This document shows positions 39,388 to 53,176 of a DNA stretch of 64,000 nucleotides, in pieces. The DNA comes from Octopus vulgaris (taxonomy: Eukaryota). A model generated the notes under the pieces. That model had not been told where the DNA came from, searched no databases, and worked only from the letters and a program-made list of their open reading frames with translations. Made by a program: the position numbers and the translations under genes. The stretch spans positions 53,754,001-53,818,000 of the forward strand of contig OX597833.1 of assembly GCA_951406725.2 (NCBI GenBank), in the 5' to 3' direction. Within the stretch, counting starts at the first letter, position 1. Each line of letters begins with the position of its first letter.

Positions 39388-39404
39388 TTGTATATGTGTG
39401 TATT

Positions 39405-39447
<43 letters not shown>

Positions 39448-39449
<2 letters not shown>

Positions 39450-39795
39450 TCTTTTACTTGTTTCAGTCATTTAACTGTAGCCATGCTGGAGCACCACCTT
39501 TTAGTCGAACAAATCAACCCCAGGACTTATTCTTTGTAAGCTTGGTACTTATTCTACTGGTGTCTTTTGCCAAACTGCTAAGTTACGGGGGGCATAAACA
39601 CACCATGATCGGTTGTCAAACTACAGTGGGGTGACGAACACAGACACAAAGACTCCCACACATATATATATATATCCAACAGGCTTCTTTCAGCTTTCAT
39701 CTACCAAATCCACCCACAAAACACTTGCCCAAGGTGCCATGCAGTGGGAGTGAACCCAGAACCTTGGTGGTTGGGAAGCAAGCTTCTTACCACAT
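39448..39795 (-). mobile_element. Family S SINE with internal deletion
   Basis: Collinear with the consensus. Confidence 0.85.
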
Positions 39796-40327
39796 GGAAA
39801 ATGGATGTTAAATGATGAGGATTATGATTATATTTGTACATATATATACGCCCACATAACATAAATATAAAACTGTATACATGCTTATACACATATAAAC
39901 CAGTTCCTATTTTTGCCTTTCAGAAACTGAAACGACTCATAGGTATTACTTCTCCATTAAATTTAGGATCATACACGGCGAGTGTTTACTCCCCATGGAT
40001 AGAACACCAATCTTTCACAAATAAACTTCCCCAGAGAGACTGGTACAAAATATACCCTGCAAGGTACAACAAAGAATTCAATATCTCTATATCTTTGCTT
40101 TCTTGTATCTTTTACTGGTTTCAGTCATTGGACAGCGGCCATGCAGGGGCACTGACTTGAAAGAATTTTTAGTTGAATGAATCAACCCCACTACTTATTC
40201 TACCTGTATCTTTTGCTGAACTGCTAAGTCGGTAAACATACCAACACCAGTACTCAAATGGTGGTAGAAGACAAAGACACACACATATATATGACAGACT
40301 TCTTTCAGTTTCTGTTTACCAAATCCA

Positions 40328-40851
40328 AATCTTCCCGCTGAGGTCAACTTTGCCTTTCATCCTTTCAGGGTCGATTAAATAAGTACCAGTTACACACTGG
40401 GGTCGATATAATTGACTTAATCCGTTTGTCTGTCCTTGTTTGTCCTCTCTGTGTTTAGCCCCTTGTGGGTAGTAAAGAAAAAGGTATTTCTTCTGTCTTT
40501 ACATTCTGAGTTCAAATTCTGCCGAGGTCGACTTTGCCTTTCGTCCTTTCAGGGTTGATAAATTAAGTACCAGTTAGACACTGGGGTCGATATAATCAAC
40601 TTAATCCGTTTGTCTCTCCTTGTTTGTCCCCTCTGTGTATATCCCCTTGTGGGTAATAAAGAAATTGGTATTTCGTCTGCCGCTACGTTCTGAGTTCAAA
40701 TTCCGCCAAGGTTGACTTTGCCTTTCATCCTTTTGGGGTCGATAAATTAAGTACCAGTTACGCACTGGGGTCGATATAATTGACTTAATCCATTTGTCTG
40801 TCCTTGTTTGTCCTCTCTGTGTTTAGCCCCTTGTGGGTAGTAAAGAAATAC
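40328..40851 (+). mobile_element. Headless family M trimer inserted in a family S SINE (about 40105-40980, minus strand)
   Basis: Three tandem bodies within the 14-bp TSD GTTTACCAAATCCA (40314-40327, 40852-40865). Confidence 0.9.
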
Positions 40852-41112
40852 GTTTACCAAATCCACTCACAAGACTTTAGTTGGCCTGGGGCTGTAGTAG
40901 AAAACACTTGCCCAGGGTGTCACACAGCGGCACCACATGGTTGGGAAGCAAGATTCTTGCCAAATATCGATGCCTGCACCTATATGTACACACAACATGT
41001 GAATGCATGTAAGCTGTGATGCAACCGTCTGATGTCTCCTCACTTCCAGGAATCAAGAAACGCCGAACCACTTTAAACTACTGACCTTACAGTATTTGTA
41101 TGTCATTTGATG

Positions 41113-41340
41113 TACTCTCTTTCTCTTTTCTCTCTTTTACTTGTTTCAGTCATTTGACTGCGGCCATGCTAGAGCACCGCCTTTAGTCGAGCAAATCGAC
41201 CCCGGGACTTATTCTTTCTAAGCCTAGTACTTATTCTATCGGTCTCTTTTGCCAAACCATTAAGTTACGGGGACGTAAACACACCAGCATCGGTTGTCAA
41301 GCAATGCTAGGGGGACAAACACAGACACACAAACACATAA

Positions 41341-41395
<55 letters not shown>

Positions 41396-41560
41396 TACAA
41401 CAGGCTTCTTTCAGTTTCCATCTACCAAATCCACTCAGAAGGCTTTGGTCGGCCCGGGGCTATAGCAGAAGACACTTGCCCAAGATGCCACGCAGTGGGA
41501 CTGAACCCGGAACCATGTGGTTGGTTAGCAAGCTACTTACCACACAGCCACTACTGCGCC
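41113..41560 (-). mobile_element. Family S SINE, full length
   Basis: Near-consensus copy. Confidence 0.92.
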
Positions 41561-42203
41561 TACAGTGTCGAAAGTGTTCCTGAAAAGAAGCCTTCACTCA
41601 ATAACTCTGTCCAGCCAGATTGTTCCTCACTCTACAACTGCTGCTGCTGCTGCTATTACAACAACAACAACAACGACGACAACAACAACAACAATTCTGT
41701 CTGCTCCATGCTAGCCAGCTGTATGTGTATACAGCTGCATGACCTTCACAGCATCTCATCTCACATCTTACACTGAACACATCTCTTAGTTTTCTTCTCC
41801 CAGCACTTGCAACCAAACGCATGTGTGTGCACATGTGCATCTTATGCGCTTGTTGTGTTTCTGTGTTTGTGTGTGAACGTGCAAAAGTAAAAAAAAAAGA
41901 AGCTAAATATCAAACTATTTATTTCAACCTGTTTTCCATATTATCTAGTGCAGAACTTTCAAAGGCTGTGGAGACTGCACCACCCCTTTCTGACTAATTA
42001 ATAAACAGGTTAGTTGGGAGGCGGGGTGGGGTGGGGTGGGGACCTCTATGCAGCTGTCTGACCTGCAAGAAACAGTAACCGAAATCCCTCTCAAAATTAT
42101 ACCCTGCCATCTTGAATAAAGAAGGATACATGCTCCTGAGTAAAAACCATTTTTCTCTCTTTTGAAAGTGAGAACTATAAGTTTTAAAACCTAAATTGTA
42201 ATA

Positions 42204-42855
42204 CCTATTTCTTTACTACCCCACAAGGAGCTAAACACAGAGAGGACAAACAAGGACAGACAAACGAATTAAGTCAATTATATGAACCCTAGTGTGTAAC
42301 TGGTACTTTATTTACTGACCCCGAAAGGACGAAAGGAAAAGTCGACCTCAGCGGAATTGGAACTCAGAACGTAAATACAGATGAAATACCGCTAAGTATT
42401 CCGTCCGGCGTGCTAACGTTTCTGCCAGCTTGCCGCCTTATTTTCTTTATTGCCCACAAGGGGCTAAACATAGAGGCGACAAACAAGGACAGACAAACGG
42501 ATTAAGTTGATTATATCGACCCCAGTATGAAACTGGTACTTTATTTATCAACCCCGAAAGGATGAAAGGCAAAGTCGACCTCGGCGGAATTTGAACTCAG
42601 AACGTAACGACAGACGAAATACCTATTTCTTTATTACCCAGAAGGGGCTAAACACAGAGGGGACAAACAAGGACAGACATAGGTATTAAGTCGATTACAT
42701 CGACCCCAGTGCGTAACTGGTACTTAATTTATCGACCCCGAAAGGATGGAAAGCAAAGTTGACCTCGGCGGAATTTGAACTCAGAACGTAGCGACAGACG
42801 AAATACCACTAAGCATTTCGCCCGGCATGCTAACTTTTCTACCAGCTCGCCGCCT
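42204..42855 (-). mobile_element. Family M array (head-body-body-head-body)
   Basis: 9-bp flanking repeat ATTGTAATA at 42195-42203 and 42856-42864. Confidence 0.88.
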
Positions 42856-43310
42856 ATTGTAATAGCATATCCACACTAACTGGATAGAGGGAAATAAGAG
42901 TGACATTTTCAGTTCATTTACACTGAAAAGCTTAACTAACATCAGCCTGAAAGATCACTAGAGCTTATCTCGATATCTGTCAAATTAACATGGTAAATTT
43001 CTTATGAATATATTTAAAAAAAAAAAAAAAAAAATCACTACAGCAGATCAAACACCACTATATTGAACCACACAGCTCAGTCTGCAACAGCATAGGTCAG
43101 CCAGGGGCTATAGTAGAAGACACTCGCCCAAGGTGTCATGCGGTAGAATTGAACCTGAAAGTATGTGGTTGCAATGCAAGCTTCTTAACCACACGGCCAT
43201 GGCTTTACCCATGCTTCTCTTTTTGCAACAATTAAAAAACAAAAAAAAAAACACCTTATTTTACCAGTCTTGGAGGACCAGTGGAACCCACAGGCACAGC
43301 CTCTTGCTAC

Positions 43311-43610
43311 CTTCTTCCTTCTTGAGCCATTCCTGGCTCATAAGGGCCGGTTTCCTGGTTTCCTTGGCATATAGGTTCCCCACCTGGATGGGACGCCGGT
43401 CCGTCGCAGGTGATCTGCTAGATGCAGGAGGAAAGAGTGAGAGAAAGTTGTGGCGAAAGAGTCAGCAGAAGTTCACCATTACCTTCTGCCAGAGTCATAT
43501 GGAGCTAAGGTGTTTCACTCATAAACACACACATCACCCGGTCTGAGATTCGAACCCACGATCCCCCAACCGCAGGTCCGCTGCTCTAACCACTAAGCCA
43601 TGTGCCTCCA
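43311..43610 (-). mobile_element. Family A SINE (tail variant 2)
   Basis: tRNA-like head; 11-bp TSD CCTCTTGCTAC at 43300-43310 and 43611-43621. Confidence 0.85.
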
Positions 43611-43674
43611 CCTCTTGCTACAGACCAAACCATTTAAAAAGAAAATAATTAATAAATAATGGTTATTTATCTAA

Positions 43675-43856
43675 ACTACACTCTTGGAGTGGTTGGCGTT
43701 AGGAAGGGCATCCAGTTGCAGAAACTCTGCCAGATCAGATTGGAGCCTGGTGCAGCCATCTGGTTTGCCAGTCCTCAGTCAAATCGTCCAACCCATGCCA
43801 GCATGGAAAGCGGACGTTAAACGATGATGATGACGATGATGATGATGATGACGATG
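43675..43856 (+). mobile_element. Family R retroposon, 3' part
   Basis: Consensus tail with (GAT)n. Confidence 0.88.
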
Positions 43857-43897
43857 AATGGTTAGGTGGTTCTTTTTTTTAAGTGAACCTGTTAGTA

Positions 43898-44253
43898 TTT
43901 ACTCCTTTATTGCCCACAGGGGGGGGGGGGTTAAAAATAGAGGGGACAAACAAGGACAGACAAAGGAATTAAATTGATTACATCGACACCCGCGTGTAAC
44001 TGGTACTTTATTTAATCGACCCCCGAAAGGATGAAAAGTAAAGTTGACCTCGACGGAATTTGGGGTTCAGAACGTAACGGCAGACGAAATACCTATTTCT
44101 TTATTACCCACAAGGGGCTAAACACAGAGGGGACAAACAAGGACAGACAAAGGAATTAAATTGATTACATCGATACCAGCGTGTAACTGGTACTTTATTT
44201 AATCGACCCCCCCGAAAGGATGAAAGGTAAAGTCGACCTCAGCGGAATTTGAA
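43898..44253 (-). mobile_element. Family M headless dimer
   Basis: Two tandem bodies. Confidence 0.85.
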
Positions 44254-44348
44254 CAGTATTTTGCAACTTTGCCTGCCAAAAGAAAACACTGGAATACAAT
44301 AGAGTCAGCTTACATTTTAAAATATGCAGGAATTATTATCATCTATAT

Positions 44349-44758
44349 TACTCTTTTACTTGTTTCAGTCATTTGACTGCGGCCATGCTAGAGCACCGCC
44401 TTTAGTCGAGCAAATCGACCCCGGGACTTATTCTTTTGTAAGCCCAGTACTTATTCTATCGGTCTCTTTTGCCGAACTGCTAAGTGACGGAGACATAAAC
44501 ACACCAGCATCGGTTGTCAAGCAATGCTAGGGGGACAACCACAGACACACAAACATATACACACACACTTATATATATATATATACATATATACGACAGG
44601 CTTCTTTCAGTTTCCGTCTACCAAATCCACTCACAAGGCATTGGTCGGCCCCGGGGCTATAGTGGAAGACACTTGCCCAAGATGACACGCAGTGGGACTG
44701 AACCCCAGAACCATGTGGTTGTTTAGCAAGCTACTTACCACACAGCCACTCCTGTGCC
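44349..44758 (-). mobile_element. Family S SINE, full length
   Basis: Near-consensus copy. Confidence 0.92.
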
Positions 44759-45184
44759 TATATATTTATTTATTTATCTATTTATTTATATTTCTGCACC
44801 GTTTTCCCCCACCCCATCCCACCCCACCCCCATCACACACAATGGGTTAATAATTGCTGATTATACAAGCAACCGCGATTAATAAAACTATTGAGCAAAC
44901 TAGCTTAAGGATTTAAAGCGATCCCAGGCATTATTAAACAGCTTTGGAGAATGTGTGTGCATGTATACACTTTCCTCACTCTCTTTTCGTTTATCAGTTT
45001 TGCCTGCCTCGTTCTCCCCCCCCCCACCCCCAGCTCTTTTTTTCTTTCACTCTAGTAGCATTTGAAAGAACTTTACAATCACTATTTGAATAATATTTCA
45101 ACTTATTACAAAGTTCAGCTTGCTTTTTATAAAGGTTACTTTTGAGTTCATTGTTACTTTCATTTTTTTTCCTCTCTTTCATTC

Positions 45185-45211
45185 ATATACATACATACAT
45201 ATATATATATC

Positions 45212-45277
<66 letters not shown>

Positions 45278-45282
45278 TATAT

Positions 45283-45324
<42 letters not shown>

Positions 45325-45560
45325 ACATATATATATATATACATACACACATATATATATATATATACATACACACATATATATATATATACATACACAC
45401 ATATATATATATATATATACACACATATATATATATATATATATATACATACACACATATATATATATACACACACACACATATATATATATATATACAT
45501 ACACACACATATATATATATACATACACACACACACATATATATATATATATACATACAT

Positions 45561-45591
<31 letters not shown>

Positions 45592-45594
45592 CAT

Positions 45595-45631
<37 letters not shown>
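45185..45631. repeat. Alternating (TA)n(CA)n compound micro/minisatellite
   Basis: Repeated [(TA)n CATA (CA)n] units of about 22-30 bp. Confidence 0.95.
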
Positions 45632-46034
45632 GGCTTGTTTTCAGGCATGTACACACAGACACATATATAAATGCATCTACAAAGATACTATATTGTTAAA
45701 TGCTTTCGTTGCCATATCTCTGTTGAATTACACTGCTTTCGTTTCAATCAATTTGGAAAATTAATGGACAATTTAGTTAAAAGAACTTTGTCAATATTAT
45801 TAAACTGGTGTTTTGGAGCATAAATTTACATGAAATTTCGACAGGAGGCTTTAATTTAGATCACTTCAAAACAGAAAGTTTCTATCACCAAGCCAAGGTT
45901 GGTCCTAGGTGAGTTGGTATCAAAAGGGTTAAGAGAATTATGTTTAAAATGCAGTTATATAACCACACTTAGTGGTTGAGAATGAAAAACAAAGTTGGTG
46001 GCAATAACCATAGGAATGTGAAGGAACAAATGGT

Positions 46035-46425
46035 TATTTTATTCTTTTGTTTCAGTTATTTGATTGTGGCTATGCTGGAGCACTGCCTTGAAGGATTTTA
46101 ATCAAACAAATCATCCGTGGAACTTATTTTTTAAGCTTAGTACTTATTCTATTGGTTCTTTTACCAAATCACTAAGTGACGGGGATCTGAATACACCAAG
46201 GCTGGTTGTTAAGTGGTGATGGAAGGACAAACACAGACACAAAGACACACACACATAAATATGTATATACATACATACATATATATATGATGGGCTTCTT
46301 TCAGTTTCCATCAACCAAATCCACTCACAAGGCTTTGGTCAGCCTGAAGTTATAGCAGAAGACACTTGCCCAACGTGCCACACAGTGGGACTGAACCCGG
46401 AACCATGTGGTAGGAAAGCAAACTA
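46035..46425 (-). mobile_element. Family S SINE
   Basis: Collinear with the consensus. Confidence 0.85.
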
Positions 46426-46443
46426 CACTTGCAGGTAAATATA

Positions 46444-46677
46444 CATGGTTGGCCGAAAGTCACCTGACAGTAAATCAAAACCATTTAATTCCAAGATTTA
46501 TTTATGCTTAACAACTGAATGAATTTAATAAAAAGCATCTAAATATCAAACATCATGAAGACAGTTCAAACTGAAGTCCTTCTTGAACGACACATTTTTC
46601 CATTCAAGTCAATACAGAATTACAGATAGTATTTATGGAATTTTGATTTACTGACAGGTGACTTTTGGTCAACCCTG
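46444..46677. mobile_element. Tc1/mariner-like MITE
   Basis: TA|CATGGTTGGCCGAAAGTCACCTGACAGTAAATCAAAA ... TTTTGATTTACTGACAGGTGACTTTTGGTCAACCCTG|TA; ~37-bp imperfect TIR with TA TSD. Confidence 0.85.
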
Positions 46678-46734
46678 TATGTCACTTAGCTAAGCCATTC
46701 CAGGATGTTATTGTCTTTTTCCTTTTATCATCGT

Positions 46735-47145
46735 TTTATTTGTTTCTGCCATTGGATTGTGTCCAAGCTGGGGGTGAAGGGGTCATGTCTTGAAAGGTTT
46801 GGCTGATCAATTTAACCTCAGTGCTTATTTCAAGTCTGATACTTTGTCCTAAAGGGCCTCATTTTTTTGCCAATCCATTAAGTTATGGGGACATAAGGAA
46901 GCCAAGACCAGTTGTGAAGTGTTGGAAGGGAAAACACAAACATGTGCACATGCACACGCACACATGCATGTATGCATACACACACACACGATCGACTTCC
47001 ATGCTGTTTCTGTCTATCATATTCACTCACAAAGCATTGGCTGACCCAGGGCCATAGCAGAAGACACTTGCCAAAGTACCATGCAGTGGAACTGAACCAG
47101 AAATCACACAGATGCAAAGCAAGCTTCTCAACCATGTAGCCATAT
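46735..47145 (-). mobile_element. Old, diverged family S SINE
   Basis: Recognisable GAAGACACTTGCC and CAGTGGAACTGAACC segments. Confidence 0.7.
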
Positions 47146-47677
47146 TTTGCAAGTAGTGGAAATAAGAGAAACACTACACCAGACTGTATGCTTCATAGAA
47201 TTGCACTGTTCGGAGTTTAAAATCCCCCTCCAGGGCCTCATTTGGCTCTTATCTGCCTGAAGTTGGCGAATCAAATACCAGTAACAGAGCGGGAGCTGAT
47301 TAAATGAACTATATATTTTTTTTTTGTCGGTTCAAGGATTGGCTGAGTACTTAATTGAAAAGAATCTATATTTATACATTAAGCAACTGTAAGTGCAATA
47401 AATCTCGGGTCTCGCTCGAAAAAGAAAAAAATAATAAAAAAAAGTAAAAAGAGCAGAGTAAATGAATGAAACAAATCAAAAATACCGAAGTAAGAATAAC
47501 AAAACTACTATTTTATTCTCTCACAACACGTATCATTATCGCCACATACAGAAAATAGTCATGACACTTATGATATTTGGCACACCCATATTAAACATCT
47601 AGGATCTGTTGCTGCTCAAGCAACCACATATTGTGTGAGTATCTGTATGTGTACGTGTATGCTGTGTATATATTTCT

Positions 47678-47836
47678 GTGTGTGTGTGTGTGTTTGTGTG
47701 TGTGCGAGTGCGTGTGTCTGTGTGTGTGTGCGAGTGTGAGTGTGTGTGTGTGTTTGTGCGAGTGTGTGTGTGCGTGCGAGTGTGTGTGTGTGTGTTTGTG
47801 TGTGCGAGTGTGTGTGTGCGAGTGTGTGTGTGTGCA

Positions 47837-47872
<36 letters not shown>

Positions 47873-47878
47873 TGTGTA
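47678..47878. repeat. (TG)n repeat interrupted by CGAG/TTTG
   Basis: Direct inspection. Confidence 0.95.
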
Positions 47879-48375
47879 TGAAAGTCACACTGACATCCAA
47901 TGTTCAGCCTAATTCACTGAATATTTTACAAGGCCAGCACAATGTGATGAATCCGGAAGTAAAAAAAATTTGCTCAATTATTTATAACCAAATTAATGAT
48001 TAACCTATTGATACATAACGAGGAAAACGAAGAAGACATTTCATGAACATGAGAGCACGATGTAACACTTCAAAATCAAAATCAAATAATCCACCCGCCC
48101 ATCCGTCTGTCTGTCCGTCCGTCCGTCCGTCCATCTATTTTTCGTTCAAAGTTCATAATTAAAAATGAAATTAATATGCTCATTTATTATATTCTAAAAT
48201 CTATCACATTATTCGTTTCTCTTCCAGCAACATGATCGATCAGAGTGGCAATATGAACAATGCAAATCTAATTTACATGACATCCTGGTGGTAAATTCAA
48301 ATCCCAGAAGAACTCGACATCCTCGAAAATAATTTACATGTAAACATTAGTTAGGATTTTACTGAGACTAACCAC

Positions 48376-48759
48376 CGAATGTAGCCGTTGCCAGCGCCAC
48401 CCTGACTGGCCTCCGTGCCGATGGCTTGTAAAAAGTACCATCCGATTGTGGCCGTTGCCAGCCTCGTCTGGCACATCCGAACGTGGCTGTTGCCAGCGCC
48501 GCCCAGACTTGCCTCCATACCGGTGGCACATAAAAAGCACCATCCGATCGTGGCCGTTGCCAGCCTCGTCCGGTGGCACGTAAAAAGTACCCACTACACT
48601 CACAGAGTGGTTGGTGTTAGGAAGGGCATCCAGCTGTAGAAATACTGCCAGATCAGACTGGGCCTGGTGCAGCCTCCTGGCTTCCCAGACCCAAGTTGAA
48701 CCATCCAACCCATGCTAGCATGGAAAGCGGACATTAAACGATGATGATGATGATGATGA
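48376..48759 (+). mobile_element. Family R retroposon with internal ~60-bp tandem repeats
   Basis: Repeats of GTGGCCGTTGCCAGC...GGTGGCACGTAAAAAG; (GAT)n tail; TAACCAC TSD. Confidence 0.88.
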
Positions 48760-48944
48760 TAACCACTGTCAAGAGGGACATGTTTTAAAAGATACTCCAT
48801 ATCAATTAAATAATAGAGCTCAGTATGTTATTGGCATTTAAAAACGCTCTTGTTTAAGCCTTTCTGTGTCTCTAAAGGTTCTTAACACAAGAAAACTTTG
48901 ACCTAAGACCTTCACCTAACTGGTCATTCTGATATAGTAGTCTT

Positions 48945-49119
48945 TAATTCTTTTACTTGTTTCAGTCATTTGACTGTGGCCATGTTGGGGCACTGCCTTG
49001 AAGAATTCTTAGTCAAATTGATTCCAGAACTTTTTTTAAGCCGGTACTTATTCTATCGAATTGCTAAGTTATGGGGCCTGGTTTTCAAGCAGTGTGTGTG
49101 TGTGTGTGGGCAAATACAG

Positions 49120-49152
<33 letters not shown>

Positions 49153-49478
49153 GGGAGAGTTCATGAAAAAAACAAAAGACGAAGATAGGTAGTGTACAAA
49201 ACAAACAGATATATTAGTATAACGCTCAGGAACTGAAAAAAGTCTTTTACATTTCGAGCCTACGCTCTTCTACAGAAAGGGACACAGAAAGGAACAAGGA
49301 GAGGAAAAAATGTGTGTAGTGGCTACCGATCTATCATGACAGGCTTCTTTCAGTTTCCATCTACCAAATCTTCTCGCAAGACTTTGGCCGGCCTGAGGTG
49401 ATAGTAGGGGACCCAGTGGGGACTGAACCCGGAACCATGTGTAGTTGGGAAGCAAGCTTCTTACCACACAGCCACGCA
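48945..49478 (-). mobile_element. Family S SINE with an H1 element at its internal (TA)n
   Basis: S sequence lies on both sides of 49153-49339. Confidence 0.82.
49153..49339 (-). mobile_element. Hammerhead-like element family H1, copy 2
   Basis: Minus strand CTTT CTGTAGA A GAGC GTAG GCTC GAAA TGTA AAAG at about 49244-49279. Confidence 0.7.
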
Positions 49479-49964
49479 GTGTGCAAAATGTGAAACAAAA
49501 GAGCCGAGCACTCTGACACAATTTAGTGCAATGCAGTAAAGCAGGAATGTATGTGCAAAAGTACTGATAATGTAATAAACAGCACCAGTAGTAATATTAG
49601 CAACAGCAATATGGATTAAGCTCACCCGACAAACTGAGAATCAAGTGGCCTGGTTTCTTGCCAACTGCATGGATAATTTACATGTTTACATGAATGATAG
49701 CAACCTCAAATGATTGCAGTTGTTTGCTCCTCTTTGATTCTTAACAGAATAAAATGCATAGCTGCTGCTGCTGCAGACTGCTTTCCAAATGGACAGAAGC
49801 CGTGTGAATGGTGGCCCAATGTCAAAAATGCCTAACCATTGCATATATGAATATCATTAAGAGTTCAGAAAGCAATCTGTCTCTCTTTTCCTCTCTGCAG
49901 GACAGAGTTTTTTTTTTGTTTTTTGTTTTTTCCAGAGTGACAAAAAAAAAAAAATGTGTTACGT

Positions 49965-50312
49965 GAAGGCACATGGCTCAGTGGTTACAGCATCGGGCTC
50001 ACAATCATGAGGTAGTGAGTTCAATTCCCAGACCAACCAAGCTGCGTGTTGTGTTCTTGAGCAAGACACTTTATTTCACATTGCTGCAGTTCACTCAGCT
50101 GTAGAAATGAGTTGTGACATCACTGGTGCCAAGCTGTATCAGCCTTTGCCTTTCCCTTGGATAAGACTGGTGGCATGGAGAGGTGAGGCCGGTATGCATG
50201 GGCGACCACTCATCTTCCATAAACAACCTTGCCTAGATTTGTGCCTCGGAGAGTAACTTTCTAGATGCAATCCTATGGTAACTTATGACTGAAGGAGGTC
50301 TTTACCCTTTTA
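49965..50312 (+). mobile_element. Family C SINE (tail variant y)
   Basis: TGGCTCAGTGG A box, GAGTTCAATTCC B box, CTTGAGCAAGACACTT; GTGTTAC flanking repeat. Confidence 0.85.
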
Positions 50313-50534
50313 GTGTTACATGTACAAGACATGGAAGTAGCAATAAATACTACATCTTTGAAGGAATGGCCTATGGCTCAGAGGCTGTGAGCTTCAGCAT
50401 TAAGTCACCGCTGACGACGATGACACCACCACCACCACCACCATCTTTTTCGTTAAATCTTTAAGCATTCAGATTACCCTATTGAAAGTAGTGCTTATAT
50501 ATTCACATTGTTTCTGCGTCGCCTTACTAGCACT

Positions 50535-50841
50535 TGTGCTGGTGGCATGTGAAAAACATTCGAGCGAGGTCATTGCCAGTGCCGCTGGACTGCCTCCTGT
50601 GCAGGTGGCACATAAAAAGCACCATTTGAGCGTGACCGTTGCCAGTACCACCAAACTGGCTCTCGTGCCGGTGGCACGTAAAAAGCACCCACTACACTCT
50701 CGGAGTGGTTGGCGTTAGGAAGGGCATCCAGCTGTAGAAACTCTGCCGGATCAGATTGGAGTCCTGATTTGCCAGACCTCAGTCAAATTGTCCAACCCAT
50801 GCTAGCATGGAAAGCGTACGTTAAACGATGATGATGATGAT
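50535..50841 (+). mobile_element. Family R retroposon
   Basis: Consensus body and (GAT)n tail. Confidence 0.85.
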
Positions 50842-51991
50842 ACATTATTTTGTTGCTTCAAAAATTTCAGTGTTGTGATTGTCTATATTTAGAACGACAT
50901 TATTGAGTAGGCGTGAGATGCCAAATCTGGCCAGTCTGCACATACAACTGGTTTACATGCTAAAGGGTTAAGCACACCCATATCCCATGCTGCCCTGGGT
51001 TGGGACATTTATCACATGATGATTACAGAAGTTATTAACTAACATCCTGTTACACTGTGTCTGGGACTAATGCTGCTGTTTGTTACACTGTCGTTACAGT
51101 GTTCTGGTAGCTTCCTTTTTGCCTGCCGGATGAAACAGCAAACCATACCAACCTATTTTGCGGTCATGCTGTTTATGTTAAGAAGATTTATCGTACTGGA
51201 GCTAGGATAGGAAAATGAATACCAATCAATCTCTGTAATGAAAACCACGACAGAAGCGCACACACACACACACACAAACACAAAAAAAACATTTGAACCA
51301 ACTCAAAGCAGAGAGATCCAGTATGGCCTTGACCATGATGGCTGAAACAAACTAATGGTAACTCAAGTACAGGCGGCAAGCTGGCAGAAACGTTAGACCA
51401 TGCTAGCATGGAAAGCGTACGTTAAACGATGATGATGATGATACATTATTTTGTTGCTTCAAAAATTTCAGTGTTGTGATTGTCTATATTTAGAACGACA
51501 TTATTGAGTAGGCGTGAGATGCCAAATCTGGCCAGTCTGCATATACAACTGGTTTACATGCTAAAGGGTTAAGACACCTATCCCATGCTGCCCTGGGTTG
51601 GGACATTTATCACATGATGATTACAGAAGTTATTAACTAACATCTGTTACACTGTGTCTGGGACTAATGCTGCTGTTTGTTACACTGTCGTTACAGTGTT
51701 CTGGTAGCTTCCTTTTTGCCTGCCGGATGAAACAGCAAACCATACCAACCTATTTTGCGGTCATGCTGTTTATGTTAAGAAGATTTATCGTACGGAGCTA
51801 GGATAGGAAAATGAATACCAATCAATCTCTGTAATGAAAACCACGACAGAAGCGCACACACACACACACAAACACAAAAAAAACATTTGAACCAACTCAA
51901 AGCAGAGAGATCCAGTATGGCCTTGACCATGATGGCTGAAACAAACTAATGGTAACTCAAGTACAGGCGGCAAGCTGGCAGAAACGTTAGA
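50797..51991. repeat. Near-identical ~600-bp tandem duplication
   Basis: Units 50797-51397 and 51398-51991 differ mostly by 1-2 bp indels. Confidence 0.95.
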
Positions 51992-52348
51992 GTGCCATGC
52001 AAAATGTGTAGCCGTATTTTGTGTGCCGTTACGTTCTGAGTTCAAATTCCGCCGAGGTCGACTTTGCCTTTCATCCTTTCGGGGTCGATAAATTAAGTAC
52101 CAGTTACGCACTGGGGTCGATAGAATCAACTTAATCCATTTGTCTGTCCTTGTTTGTCCCCTGTGTTTAGCCCCTTGTGGGTAGTAAAGAAATAGGTATT
52201 TCACCGAGGTCAGCTTTGCCTTTCGTCCTTTCGGGGTTGATAAATTAAGTACCAGTTATGCACTGGGGTCGATATAATCGACTTAATCCATTTTTCTTTC
52301 CTTGTTTGTCCCCTCTGTGTTTAGCCCCTCGTGGGTAGTAAAGAAATA
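51966..52348 (+). mobile_element. Family M dimer
   Basis: 13-bp TSD GGTAACTCAAGTA at 51951-51963 and 52349-52361. Confidence 0.88.
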
Positions 52349-52954
52349 GGTAACTCAAGTAAATTAGTTTAACTCTTTAGCATTTAACCTGGCCCAAACA
52401 TGCCCCCTGTTTTAAGTTCAAACTCGCCAGGTCTGGCCTCTCACATCTACCCTACAATGTCTTCTTAAAAACAGGACAATGCACATCAGTGAAATCTCAA
52501 AATTATGAGACAATACATGAATAATTCAAAACAATATGAATAAATAAGTTTCACATCTGACAGAGTAATTTAAGCACTAAAGCATTAACTGAACTTTATT
52601 TGGGTCATCTATCTCTCTCTTATCTTGTGCAGTTTGTAAGCGATTCAATAGTTGAATATCAGTCAAATATGATCTATAAATAGTAAGAAAAAAAAAAGAG
52701 AAAAGTGTTGTCTCAAACGACAACTCAGGTTTCATTTTACATAAAAAAATTTTCCTACAAAGGGAAATTATTATGTAAGTTTATCTCTCTAAGACAGTAA
52801 TGCTGTTTTCTTAACTCTTTTGATACCAGCCAGTGATTGAGTGTGTGTGTGTGTGTGTGTGTGATATCAAAAGATGAAAGATTACTCAAGTATTTTCACG
52901 CATCTTAGTACATGGTTTTATAATTCTTACCAGAAATTTGTATGAGTGTTTTAA

Positions 52955-53176
52955 CCCTTTCGATACCAACCTGCCTGAAACCACCTCTGGCTTTGTAGTA
53001 CAAAGGTCTTGTTTTCATAAGTTCTGAATTAAAATCTTCCACCAAACCTTAGTCACAATTCATGTTCCTAACACTAGCTTAATAATAACTAAATTATTTT
53101 ACTAAATTCTTTGTTATATTTAAAATCAATTGAAACAAACACAGAACATCTTAAAATAAATACAGCAATGAAAGAG
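52955..53176 (-). mobile_element. piggyBac-like MITE family B
   Basis: TTAA|CCCTTTCGATAC...GAAAGAG|TTAA. Confidence 0.8.

Noticed and set aside
40328-40851. Family M tandem arrays as CRISPR arrays or hammerhead retrozymes
   Set aside because: Units are full ~180-bp repeats without unique spacers, the context is eukaryotic, and I found no CUGANGA/GAAA core on either strand.
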